NCBI GenBank assembly: GCA_010093605.1
Contig: MU004188.1
Coordinates: 1,937,918 to 2,001,917 of the forward strand
Length of the DNA: 64,000 nucleotides
DNA from: Lophium mytilinum
Lineage: Eukaryota
Direction of reading: 5' to 3'
The notes under the pieces were generated by a model. It was not told the origin of the DNA. It saw only the letters and a program-made list of their open reading frames with translations, and did not search any database. Position 1 is the stretch's first letter. Each line of letters starts with the position of its first letter. The position numbers and the translations under genes are program-made. Below are positions 35,871 through 48,082 of the stretch, piece after piece.

Positions 35871-36770
35871 TCATGGTTCGAGCTTGCGCTTTTCGCTGCT
35901 CGCCGCAATGGCAAGGGCATCGAGGCCGTACGCGGACCCAGGATACGGGGTGTACTGCATGGGATCAGGGTAGGGAGAGCGTTGCGCGTAGCCTTCCATG
36001 TAGGGGTCTATGGGCTGCACTGCCGGGGCGTTGCTGAAGCTCGAGGCGGGGCTAGTGGGAGTGCCTTCGTCCAGAGCGGATATGGAGAGCTCTGACGACT
36101 GCAGGAGGGTGGGCCTAGGACGTTTCGCGGGCTGTTGCTTAGCTTTCTTCGCGTCGGCGGCTTTGGAGGCATTGCGGCCCGTTTGGTGCGTCCGGCGGTG
36201 CTGCTCCATGTTGTCCTTGCGGGTGAAGGCTTTGTTGCACTCGGGACAATAAGCGTCTTTTTTGCCCGTGTGCTTCTTGGCGTGGCGCGCGGCGTGACCG
36301 GAAGTGGTGAAGTAGTCGTTGCAGTTGTACGCCTTTGCCATTGGGCACGGGTAGCTGTTCTTCTTGGAGCGCGGGTTGGCGGAAGACTGCTGCTCAGCGG
36401 GTGGGGGTTGGAAATATGCGACCTGGGCGCCGGTGTTGTAGGCGAGCGGGCCAGGATTTTGCGGGATAGGCGGATAGGCTGACTGAAGCTCCTTGGGCGC
36501 CTGGAAAAATGCCGGGGAAAAGATGGGCGAGGTCTGGAGGCCGTGAGCCATACTCTCGAAGCTGTAGTCAGGCGTGATGGGCGAGGGCGTCTGCATGGCG
36601 ACGGAATCGCTCGAGTCGGTCCGCACGAGCAGTGGAGTCTGAGGCGACGACGGCGACGAAGCGTAGCTGGAATCCCGCGAGCAGATAGAAAGCGAGGGCC
36701 GGTGGATGGATGAGGGTTCGTTGTCGTTCAGGAGGGAGATACGACGGCCTGACGAGTTCTTGCCGTCCAT
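35871..36770 (-). CDS. Two-finger C2H2 transcription factor, Nrg1-like
   Basis: [49 protein letters not shown]. The FTTSGH motif is typical of the Nrg1 family. ATG at 36770. Confidence 0.88.
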   Translation of the reverse strand: [299 protein letters not shown]

Positions 36771-39700
36771 GGTTTGGAGGGTGGTACGGCGCCGAGCAAG
36801 CGCCAGTCGAGGAATGTGCAAGACAGCAGCTAGTAAATGAGCAGAGCGGCGGGAGGTATGAGGCGCCCAAGTGCGGTATGCGGCGATGGCTGAATGAATG
36901 AAGTTGGTGGTGGTGGTGCGGTGGTGCGGACACGTGAGAGCAGTGGTTTCACTTTAGTGGTGGGAAGTGGCTGCGGGTTTGTTGAGCAGGCAGGTTATCG
37001 GATGAAGAAGGCGGAGCGGGCGTGAGGCGTGGAGCAGATGTAGGGCATCAGACTTGGGACACGAGGGGGAGAGAGATTCACGCGCGGCTCAGATTCGGGA
37101 GGGCAGAGCACCTTTATTTCAGGGCTTGGGTTGATCCCAGGCTGGTTGCAGGGACGGTGATGCCAAAGGGCCAAATTCCATGGCTAGCCTGCGCGTCGCC
37201 CTAAAAATGCCATGCTTCGTGCGCAAGCCACACCCATGCATGGGCCCCCCGCCTGTGATCGTCATGCTCCCACCGCGGAACCCCTCTATCCCAACGGCCG
37301 CACTGCGCCTGGGCCCGCACGCTGCTGCCGGGTCGAGTGAGTACAGTGTGGTGATGCGTTTTGGCTGTGTTGCTGCTCCTGCTTCACCCTTTGTCTGTGT
37401 TGGGCGGCCAGGCTTCGCGTCTGACGCTCTCGTGGCCCGCAGTCCGAGGGCAGGCGCTGACCTGGCGGCTGCTGCAATTTCGCGCGCAGATCTGACGGCG
37501 CTAGTGACTCTGCGATCGCGATCGATCACGACCACGAGTCTGCCACTGTGTCGACCACCAAGCCCAGCATCTCGGTCGATGATTTATCCAGCTCCTGACT
37601 CTGATGAAGCCGTCCTCGGAGCGCTGACACCTGCACCACGCTCGCGCAACCGTCTCTCCTGCAGCCGGCGCGGACGCAGCGTGCATCGCAACGCGGGCAG
37701 CGAGGGGCGCGTCTCAGGCATCACGAGGCGCCACAGCGAGTTGCACTGAGGACGGGCACGGCGGGCTCACAAGCTTGCCCTGGATGAGCCACTCGCCCAA
37801 AACAGAGTCCGTAGTGCGACTGGAGGAGGCACCGATGAACCCACCCCCATCCAGGGCGTGTCTGCTGGCGGCACAGGGTTCAAACAGGGCACAACGGAAG
37901 CAGCTCCGTCACCTCCCTGAGCAAAATCGAGGGTCGCGATGTGGAGCGTCACCGGTTTTGGCGAAGCGCTCGGCTCGGCTGGCCAGGGGTTTCAGGGTTC
38001 GGCCTGGGGGTTTTGCAGCTAGCGCCCGACGGCCTGCGATGGGCGCGTCCCCTGCCGAACCCTGGAACTCTTCGATTCTAGATTCCCCACCGATTTTCCG
38101 ATCATGCCCTCGAGTCCAGCGCCGGGCCCTGATGTCACTACTGCCAAGCCACCCACAACGCTCCGAGCTCCACGAGCCACACTGCACCTCCACCTCGACG
38201 AACTTTTCCGCATTCGAGAAGAAGCCAACCTCCCAGCCGTGTCCGACTGTCCACGCGCCCCCTCGCGTCCCGTCTTGTCATCGCGACACGTCCGCTTCAA
38301 ATCCTGCTGCCTTTAACGAGCTGTGCCGGCGCTCCACGTGCAGCAGCACATGCCTCGAATTGCCCGCCCGCCGACCGCCCTTTGCATCGTGAATCGTGTT
38401 TCTGCCACAACACGCACCCTGTCCGCATCCAGCTGTCAGGACACGCCAGCCCGCCCGCCATGCGCGCCCCTGCGCCTTTCCCATGCAGGGTGCCCGCTTC
38501 TTAGGGCCTGGCCCAGCTTTGGAGCGATGACGTCCTCCTATCACGCTGGCAGGAGGCCATCCCGAAAAGCTTCATCGTCATTATCAGGCTTCAGAGGCGC
38601 CCGCCTCAGAGCAACAGCAGCCGAAGCCGTCCGGGCCCAGCGCCTCCGCCGTTAGCCTCCCGCCCGGAGGCCTGCCCGCGCGCAATTCCTGTTTCCTGGG
38701 TTCAAAGCCCATCTAGAGCGGCCTTTGCCCTCCACCACCTGCGCCGCACCTTGCAGCGATCAAAGATGTGCACGACAAGTCCTCAAACGGCGAACTGTTC
38801 ACGAACCCTGATTTCCACACCACACCACTGATGGCACCACGGTCATACTCCGTAGTCATGTGCGGGGCCCTCGAAACGGCCGCGAAAGTAGCAGCACCGC
38901 ATCCTTGGGTACCACAACGGCTGGCAATTCTCTTTTCTCCGATACGCTTGCTTCGACTCTTTCTCTCAATGCGGGCGTTGCGCCTCGCAAAAGACACCTT
39001 AGTGACGGTACCTCTCATCGTCCCGCTCACCGTCTTCTCAATCCCCATGTGCCCATCATGACCCTGATCTACCTACTGCGAAGGGTCCATGCCGTCACTT
39101 ATCAGGGTCTGCTCCGCCGGCGCACCGACGTGCCTTAGTCTTCAGGTAAATCAGCCACAAAGGGTCTTCTCCGCGCCAGTCCCCTCCCACCACCACAGAG
39201 GCCACAGGCCAATAGGAGGCTACAGCGATCCTGTATCCAACCAAAGGGACCTCCTCCATAGGAAGCCCCGAAACTGCCGGGTCTTGTGTCTCCGCTTGCC
39301 GCAGTTGGTATCTCACGATAGGCCGCAGCGGGCATATTACGGTTGAATCTCCAGCCCGACGCTTTTTAGGTTTGCGGCTGCAGGGCCTCTGGGTAAACAC
39401 TTCCCTGAGATCCACGATCTGGACCGAGAGACCTGCGTCGAGAGACCTGCATCCGGCTGATTGACCCCTGGAATCTGGGACGACGTCGTCGCCAACTCGG
39501 CTTGCCACGCCGCGTTTATGAAAGACGACAGAGACTCATCGTGGACGCCTCTTTGGGGTTACATTTCTGCCTACTAACATCGCAATTCTGACGCTGTCAT
39601 ATTGCGGCTTTTCTTACTCTGACATCACGACTTGTAGGTGCATGAAGGTGTTCTAGAATGCCAGATTCGTTCTCGTCATCTCTCACTGCTACGAATCCTG

Positions 39701-40299
39701 TTTGTAGAATCTCGTCGTTTTCAAATTCTATGACTCGCGAGTCTCTTATGAGCTGTCAGAAATATCCCACGTCGGCACGCCGTCATGCTTCACCGCTCGA
39801 ACACTCATCTCAGCACTGTTTTGATCCCGTGTTTTCTAGAATCTCGTGATCAGTCACGCTCCTGCTGACCGACCAGCTGTGTAGCGATCTATCTTTCTGC
39901 ATAAGTACTTTTTTCTCCGGGCGTTTACGCCCTTCAGTTTCCGAGTAGGTGTCGAAGCAACAGCGCCGGGCGATGCTACAATGGCTGCTTCGTGAACAAA
40001 GCTCGAGTTAAATTGATTGATGGAATTGGAGGCGTTTTGTTGGTTGCTAGGTCGACCTTCAGATGATGTTGGAGGTTGGTCTATGCGCTTCATCGCTATT
40101 CATTACGGGTGACTTCCACCTGTTTACAACGATGATTGTCATCATCCATAATCAACGCTACTAGCCCCACCATTAGCGAGAGAGCCACTCTCTATCATCA
40201 AATACACCAGTTTCCCCATCGACTCATCGCCGGAAGTGGTTGCGCCTGTGTCTGAGCGGAGGTTTTCAACCAAGCTTCGCACTCGTCGATGGATCGGAG

Positions 40300-42537
40300 T
40301 GATTTAGTAGCGGAGTGTTCCTGCTCCGGCAATCTTCCACATGCCCTTGTTACTACTAAACTTTACCCATTGTCAATAACCGGTACCGTCAAGCTCGTCT
40401 ACTAACTCCCAATACTAACGTCCACCGCCTCACCCTCCCAAAGGACCCCACCAACAGTACGAGCGATGGTAATCACCAACCTCCCCCAAGCGCCCCTCCC
40501 TCCCCACATTCTTCTTCCCTGATGAAGGTTCTGCAACCATCGCTGTCGAGTATGAAAGGAGTTTAATTGCCTTCACACTTCCGCCACCGCCCTCCTCTCC
40601 CCACCATCATACTGCTTGTCGAGGCGTTTGATTTCCCCATCAGATTTGGTGGTTGACGCCCGCCCAACTCCCTGCCGCTGAGCCAACTGCGTCGCAGGAG
40701 GTTTTATACTCCACCCCACCCTCGGCGAAACATGACTATTACGTGACTTGGTCAACTACCCTTGCGGCGCTGCCAGGCTTTGACTTGATACCACGGTATA
40801 TGATCGGGCGTGCGGAGCAAAGTCCCGTGCTAATCCCGTGACCGCGGGGTTTGGGGGGTATTAAACTTCTGTCCTCTGACTCCCAAGTTCTTTTTTTCTT
40901 CAGGGCGAGGAGGGAGAACGTTGGGGTTGGTTCAAAATCTCTGATAAAAGATATCATGGGGTGGAGTGTGTTGGGATCTCGGGTTCAACGGCTGGGCATT
41001 TATAATCCCATGGAGGTGCAATACTGCCCAGGTCAACAAGCCATGGCGGAGGGGTGGAGGGGAGGGGTGGTGGTAAAACAGACGATACTGTAGACTCATG
41101 GAATGGGAGTTTTGGGGTGGCATCAACAATGTCTGCCCCCTCCGCCCCATGGAGGTGCGAAATCCTGATAGTTCTGCAACAATGGAGGGAGGGGTGGAGC
41201 AAAACTAGAGAGGGCTTGGACTCATGGAGTGGGTTTGGTGGGAGTGGGTTCAACATTCAAGTTGTCGAGATCCCATGAGTGTGGGAGGGGAGAGGTGGAT
41301 GGTTTGGAGGCGGTGGTGATGGTGAGCAGTTGCAGCGGGTGATAATGTGATTTGGTGACTTCGGGGGATGGTAGGCGGTATCAGATATGATTGGTCGATA
41401 GTAGCATAGAAGATTAGGTATATCCTTCGACAGACTCTAGCGATACCTACCAACGTTGTATTTCAACGCTGACCACCGTCATCACCACCTCATCCTTCCT
41501 CCCACCTCCCACCGTTGTATCTCTCCACGTTCGATGTTGCTCCCCTTCCCACTACCCCACCATAAGTCTGGCAAAAGCCTGTACTTGACCAGCTCCAAGA
41601 AAGACCCACCATAGGAGCTGGAACTAGCCTTAGGTTACACGTCCACTCCCACACAAGCCACCACCCTGGAAAGGCACCAGGTAGTTTTTTGCAGCCATGG
41701 CTTGCTGAATTAGTTGTTTTCCGTCGCCGTTCTCCTTCCTCTATGTCGAAGAAGAGATCGCGGGTGCGGAGGTTTTATACCCTCGCCCAGGGGGTGGTCA
41801 CGAAGTTGGCATGTGACACTCCTCACCGCTAACTCGCGAGCTGAGGGAGGTAGTTGATGACGGGGTGGGTAGTCTTCATGTCACATGGAGCACACGTGAC
41901 GAAGGTTTGAGAGGGTATAAAAACTTCCTCGATGGCGGCAGTCTTGAGATCTTTAGGGAAAGAGGAGACGAGGTTCAAATCAGAAGAGGTCCAGTTCTAT
42001 GGGGAGCTTCAAAAGAGTTCGAGAAATGGTTCGATGGAGGTGCTGGGAGAAGGGGGATTAAAATATGAAAGACCCACTAGTCATGGAGGGGAGGCGGACA
42101 GAGCTGGGTGTTAAGGAAAGGAGATCAAACCATTCTGATTCCGTGCAGCATGGAGTGGAGGCGCGGAGGGTTGGTGGTGCGCGCTTCGAAGGTCCTGCTG
42201 ATGGCGAGTATCGATATTGCCTGGTAGTGCTCCGGACTGAAGCCTGGGAATGCGGGCGAGAGGGATAGAGATGGAATGGTAAGCAGCTTCATCATATCTT
42301 CGAGCTGTGTGGTGAAGAGGCCATGATGCCATCGCGATCTTTCCTTCTCTCCCTAAAATATGGGATGTTGAACATGTTGGTTGACAAGAACAGCAAAAAC
42401 GACTCATGGATTGATTCTGGGAGCCTTGTTAATGCTCTCGAACCACCGCAATGTTGCTGAGGAGCAGGAGTTCTCTTCTGCGCATTGCGGCGGTTTTATA
42501 ACATAAATGCGTGTTAAGGGTCACGTGGCTCACGTGG
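40300..42537. other. Cluster 3 of E-box/TATA-headed ATGG...YCAA array units (5 units: -,+,-,+,-)
   Basis: TATA at 40708(-), 40859(+), 41779(-), 41916(+) and 42500(-). E-box-like sites at 40740, 41810, 41882, 41893, 42522 and 42531. ATG(G) elements at 40956, 41010, 41043, 41098, 41149, 41182, 41224 and 41275. Confidence 0.65.
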
Positions 42538-42795
42538 TCTAGCTTTACGTGGATCGCCTAGTGACGCGTTCTTTACCTAGAGGAGATCGCAAGTTGATTA
42601 TTTTTGGTAAGGAACGGGTAAGTCTCATCGCATGTGCAAGATGTTGTACTATTGTTGCGAAAGAGAGCAACACCCTCACCTCTATTCTTAACTCCCTTTC
42701 TAGATGAGTACAGTGAACTCGAGACCATTTCCACAAGAACCTAGCTTATGGAATCCAACGCCTTTCGAGCTAAGCGCAATACTTTATCAACTCGA

Positions 42796-44695
42796 CTACT
42801 TCGCCAACGACGCCGCCTTCATGGCTTCGCTCTTCTTCGCCTTCAAAGCCACTTCTTCTACCTTAACCTTCTTAGCCTCATCGCTCCCAAACGCTTTCCG
42901 CCATTCTTGAGCTTTCTCTGGCTTGATGTTGCTGAATAAGTACTCTGCCTTACCAATCTCATGGCCCGGCTTGACGGAATCCGCGTTCCAATAGTCGATA
43001 ATCGGAAGAGGATCCAAGCGGAGTTGCGAGTTTATGCCTTTCGCTGTTTCCGGCATATATGGAGCAACTACAGAGGCGAGAAGGTGAACTAGGTTTACGG
43101 CTAGACCAATGACGGCCGCACACTTTGAAGGCTCATTCGCAGCCAGGCTGTTGTCAAGTTTGTTCGATTGGAGAAAGGCATTGCCTAGGTGGGATATCTG
43201 GAGAACCGTTGATAGGGCAGCGCGAAGTTTGACCGCGTCGAGTTCTTGAATGTACTGTGCGAGGAGTGTGTTCACTTCGTCTTTCCAAATTTCAAAGGAG
43301 GATTGGTGATACTCGGTCCAATCGGGCACGATATTGTTGTAGTTCTTTGAGTTGACAAATTTCAGCACGCGGTTGACGAAATTGCCGAGGTTCTTGAGAA
43401 GCAGTTTGTTGTTGCAACTGATGAAGGAGTCCCAAGTAAACTCAGAGTCACCAGTTTCCGGTCGATGCGCAAGTAGGTAGTAGCGCCGTACGTCAGAAGG
43501 CACGCCGGTCTTTCGAGCGGATCCCCAAAAACGCCAATGCCGCGAGATTTGGAGAATTTTCCGCCCTCATAGGTTAGGTAATCGGTCGTGGAGAGGTGGT
43601 GGAGTTTCGTCCAAGTGTCGCCAGTGCCGATTTGAGAAGCGGGGAATATCACGGAGTGAAAGACGACATTGTCTTTCCCGATGAACTGGTGCAACTGAAC
43701 GTCCGGGTTTCGCCACCACTTTTCCCACTGGTCGGTGTACGCGGCGGTGATGGACACGTACCCGATGCAAGCATCGAACCATGAGTAGATAACCTTCTCT
43801 TCGTAACCTGGCAGTGGGACTTTTGTTCCCCATTTCATATCCCTAGTTATGCTGCGTGGCTGTAGCCCTTCCTTTAGCCAGGCGGAAGTGATTTGCTTGC
43901 CGTTGCTCGACCATTCGGCCTTCTCAACGGAGTCGCGAAAGAAAGTTTCGATTTCAGGTTGCAGCTTGTCCAGCTCTAGGAAAATGTGTTTCGTGACCCT
44001 AGTGATCGGCGCGGAACCGTCGATTTTACACCGAGGGTGTTTGAGTTGGAGGGGCTCGAGAAGTTGGCCGCAAAGGTCGCATTGGTCGCCACGAGCATCC
44101 TCATAGTCGCAGACTGGGCAGTTGCCTTCTACAAAGCGGTCTGCTAGGAACGAGTGGTGTTCTTCGCAGTAGAGCTGCGTTGTCATGCGCTCCTCTAGGA
44201 AACCATTTCATAGAGCTTTAGGAAGATATCTTGGGTGATTTCGGTTTGAAGCTTGGTTGTGGTACGACCGAAGATATCGAAGCTGATATTAAACCACTTG
44301 TATATCTCAGCGTGGATCGCGTGGTACTTGTCGCATAGTTCTTGTGGAGTGCATTTCTCTGAGAGGGCTTTCGCCTCGGTTGTCGTTCCGTACTCGTCCG
44401 TCCCTAAATAAGATAAGAATCAGGTCTCCGGTTCTGTCATTTCAACGCAGGTCTCTGACAGAACATAATGGACAAATAAACGAAGAAGCTGCACCGAATA
44501 CTTACCACCTATGTAGAGAGTGTTGATACCGCGGGCTCTACAGTATCTCGCAAAGACATCCCCTGAAAGTACCGACCCTATGAGGTTTCCGAGGTGTGGG
44601 ACATTATTCACGTATGGTAGGGCGCTGGTGACCAGAACGTTCCGTTTTCCAGCCTCTGGAAGAATAGGGTCGCGGTTGGGCGATGCTTCGTTCAT
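42796..44695 (-). pseudogene. MES1: Cytosolic-type methionyl-tRNA synthetase with two 1-nt frameshifts
   Basis: [15 protein letters not shown], Zn knuckle CPVC...CDLC and GKFSKSRG. Intron 44505-44404. Frameshifts at ~44207 (GAA[A]ATGGT) and ~43521 (GAT[T]CC). Confidence 0.85.
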
Positions 44696-47449
44696 GTTTG
44701 TGTCGAAATACGCTCGAAATACCAGATCTGATAAAGTGTGGTTCTAACGAGGCGTGTGATCTCTAAGGCGGGGTGGTGGAAATTTATCTTAGGAACCTCA
44801 GCCGCTCGTGGAGGAATTTGAGGGGGTTGCATGACTCCCCATCCTACACCGCCCCAGCCGCCCCCAGGGTTCCTCTGCTGTGCCGCAAATGGGAAATACC
44901 TACATAGGTGTCCAGCGGATGAGTGGTTGGCTTGGGTTGCCCGCAAAGAACCTAGGAGTCATGGAAATCCTCACCGAAGAGGTGCCTAGGAACGTAGATG
45001 GAGGAACGTAGATGGCGAAAATGCAGGCAATTTTAGCAAAAAAGCAATCGTGCTCTCGGCCTTCAACTCCATAAAGTGTCAGCAGTAGCGCAATGTGGTG
45101 ATAAGTGAGTCTTAGTTTCAAGCGCACTCCGATTACTCCTTACGTTTACCATCGTGGAGTTTCGACTGGTCCGTGGGGCGACTGGCCATGAGTCTCAATG
45201 TCCACAAGACCCTCCATGGTGCTGCTTCGAAGTCAATTGTCTGCGCGACTGTCTTAGGCGACAGAAAATTTCTCTCATTTACAGGCTGTCGCATATGAAA
45301 TGTTACTCATTACAAAAAAACATGTTTTGAAGATAACCGAATTGATAAGCCTTTTAGGGAAGAGAGAGGGAGACTTTCGCCAATAGTTCGATTTGGCCAT
45401 CGAGGAGGCACCTGATTATGTTACCCCAGACAAATGATTGAATCAAGAAACGAGCAAATGCGTTTTCGTAGACTGATTAGTGGTACGACCAGCGAGACTT
45501 GCAGGTGGTCAGTATCTGATTTCTTGCTAGGGAGCTTTTCTTCTCCCGCTCGTGTTGTACTTTTTATGTGACTTTGTGGTATATCATTTCTTCGGGAAGA
45601 GAGCGGAAGAGAACGGGGAGATGAGAAAGGGGAGGAGAGTAGTATATCCTTATGCTTGGACTTTTGACTCGAGCCAGCCTCCGGTTAAGCAGTCCTCGGG
45701 CAATAGCAGCGTAGTCCTTGCCTCTCCCCTTATAACAGTAATGCCCAGTATAAGTAGAGATACATCGGCAAGGTAAAGGAGGCGTACAGTGGTCGGACTC
45801 TGTGCCTAAGTATTCCTACAAATCATCGTCTCCTTGTGCGTGGGCGTGGTACGTGGAAGAACGTCTGGTTGAGAGTATGAAGGGCGAGCAGTAGGCTGCT
45901 GGTGGCACTGAAGAATTTGAGGATGTGTTTGAGGCCCCGATCTTGCTCTTGGGCGTAATAATCTGCCAGTCTGCCTTAAGATTGCCCTCTCTTGCTCCAT
46001 GTTCTACCCTGTTTCCTCGATCCAGGTTGCTGGTTCTCCCATGCGGCAGACTCTAGCTCTAAAGGGTTAGCACCAACATGGCCCCCAGAAGCATACGCAG
46101 ACCTCAATGAGTTTTACTTCGCTAGATCCAACATGTACAGCGCATCTAGCGGCCTCGAACAGCTATGAGCACCAAGCAAGCAGTGGATGCCGTTATTCCG
46201 CCCCTGAAGTTGGTGGTTCGATGGACAAACAGCCCCCAAATGACGTGCGGCGGGTACGCGCCGGCGTGCCTCAGCCTCGTCCTTAATCGCACTAAGGAGC
46301 GCGACTCAAGGCCCTCATTTTATGCAGGATCTAGAGCCGCAGCGAAAAGACTCATCACATTCACAGCATTCAGGAACGGCCTATAATGGACTGCGGCGGC
46401 AAGGCTCGGGAGCAGAAAGAGAACGAGATTGAAGCTCAGCCGCAGCTGCAAAAGCTGCGAAGGCGACAACACCAATAGCGACGTTACCGTCTTTCTTATG
46501 AAGTTGTGCTCCTCGAGCACGGCTTGCTAATGGCCCCTGATGCCTGGGGATAAAGTTCGTCCGCGTCCGTGTCAGTGCAAATCGCTCGCACAGCCTCAAC
46601 CTCACGACGCCGCATCGCGTCCTCATCCCCGAATCCTCATTTCCCATCCTTTCTAGCGGAGAAGGCGGCGCAGCACTTCCTCGAGCCAACAGTTTCATAC
46701 CTGCAAGCTTGTTTCTGGTCACATGGTTTACGGCGTTGCCAGCACCGCGATCATCACCTCACCGCCGCCGAATTCGCGTCTTTGGAGACAGCTTGGCGGC
46801 ATGTCTTGCACGGTAACCAACTATTGGCAAACGACGCGCTCGCTGGACGCCCTCGGACGCCCTCGGACACCCTTCTTGGAACACCGGGAGAACTAAGAAA
46901 CGCCGTTGGCGTCTCATCTCTCGTTGGGGCCTGCACATCCTCAGGGCTGAAGCGATGGCTCCCGTATCGGCCTGTCTAGTCGTGCCTCTGCCACCGCCTC
47001 GTTATAGGCACCATCTGGTCCCACCAGCATCCCATTCGTTGTCCTGGGACATGGGCCGCATCCTCGCCGCGTAGCCGATGTTTGTGCTCTTCGCCTTGCC
47101 TGTTCAGCCAAACTCAAGCTTTCGTAGTGGGGGCTGAGGTCGAGCTGGCTTCCGTTCTTTTTTTAAGCCACGGGCCTCTGTCCCTGATGGCTCTTGCGGG
47201 GCTTCTTCATTTGCTTCTGCTATATCTTCTCATTTCCCCGCTGTGACTTTTCTTATTGTGTTTTGCAGGCTTCATATTTACCAGTGCATGCAGGCCATGA
47301 AAGCTTCCTTTTACTCTTTATATCTGCATCGTTCCATGAGCGCTCATTCGTACTACTCCTCATAGCATTCCACTGCTCTATCTTGATACCCAGCATACCC
47401 TCGCAACACCCAGGACCTAGAGTGTAGCATTGTCTACCCCATCTTCAAA

Positions 47450-48082
47450 ATGGCCCCAGCAGCAACTTCATCCGCCCCAACATCTACCTCTTCCCCGACC
47501 GCATCTGCCTCTGCCTCCTCCACTACCACAAGCGGCTTGGGCACCGCCAGCATCGTCGCCATAACTATCTTCATCCTCTTCGTCGTCATCGCGATCTTAT
47601 CCGGAACTCTCTTCTACCTCAATCGCCGCCGACAGCACGCCAAGCTCCCACCACACCAGCGCCCTACCTCCACCTACCGCCCCTACCGCTCATCGTCCTC
47701 GAAATCAAAATCCGCATCCAGCGGCCTCCTCGCAAATGCTGAAACACCCACCTCGGCGGTCGACGACAAAGCATCCATGTTCAGCCGCGACTCGGCTACC
47801 CTATCACTATACGTACCGGAGGAGCATGAGGGCTTGAGGCGGAGTAGCACGAGCAGTATGAGTCTGGTCCCGATTATCGTGAGCCCGGCAGATGAGGGCC
47901 ATGATCCGTTCAGTCCAGCTGGCAGGAGAGGGAGGGGCATGAGCATAAGGTCTGGGAATGAAGAGCAGGATTTGGGAGTGGCGAGGGGCAGGGTGAGGAG
48001 CGCGAGTACGGCGAGTGCGAGGTACTATGATTCCAAGGCGAGTGCGACGCCGCCGCTTGTGCCAGCGTTGCCGCCGTCATGA
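47450..48082 (+). CDS. Single-pass membrane protein with S/T-rich N-terminus
   Basis: AAA-ATG start, S/T-rich stretch, hydrophobic IVAITIFILFVVIAILSGTLFYL followed by NRRR. Confidence 0.8.
   Translation: MAPAATSSAPTSTSSPTASASASSTTTSGLGTASIVAITIFILFVVIAILSGTLFYLNRRRQHAKLPPHQRPTSTYRPYRSSSSKSKSASSGLLANAETPTSAVDDKASMFSRDSATLSLYVPEEHEGLRRSSTSSMSLVPIIVSPADEGHDPFSPAGRRGRGMSIRSGNEEQDLGVARGRVRSASTASARYYDSKASATPPLVPALPPS

Noticed and set aside
37022..39508. Many overlapping GC-rich ORFs upstream of the C2H2 gene
   Set aside because: Expected by chance at this GC content; more likely a long regulatory region.
40851..42407. Short ORFs in the array regions as peptide genes
   Set aside because: Elements fall in inconsistent frames with frequent stops and no conserved peptide. 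Not fully excluded without ribosome profiling.
46381..46979. Cys-containing fragment resembling a Zn-cluster remnant
   Set aside because: Cys spacing does not fit Zn2Cys6 and no coherent gene model can be built.
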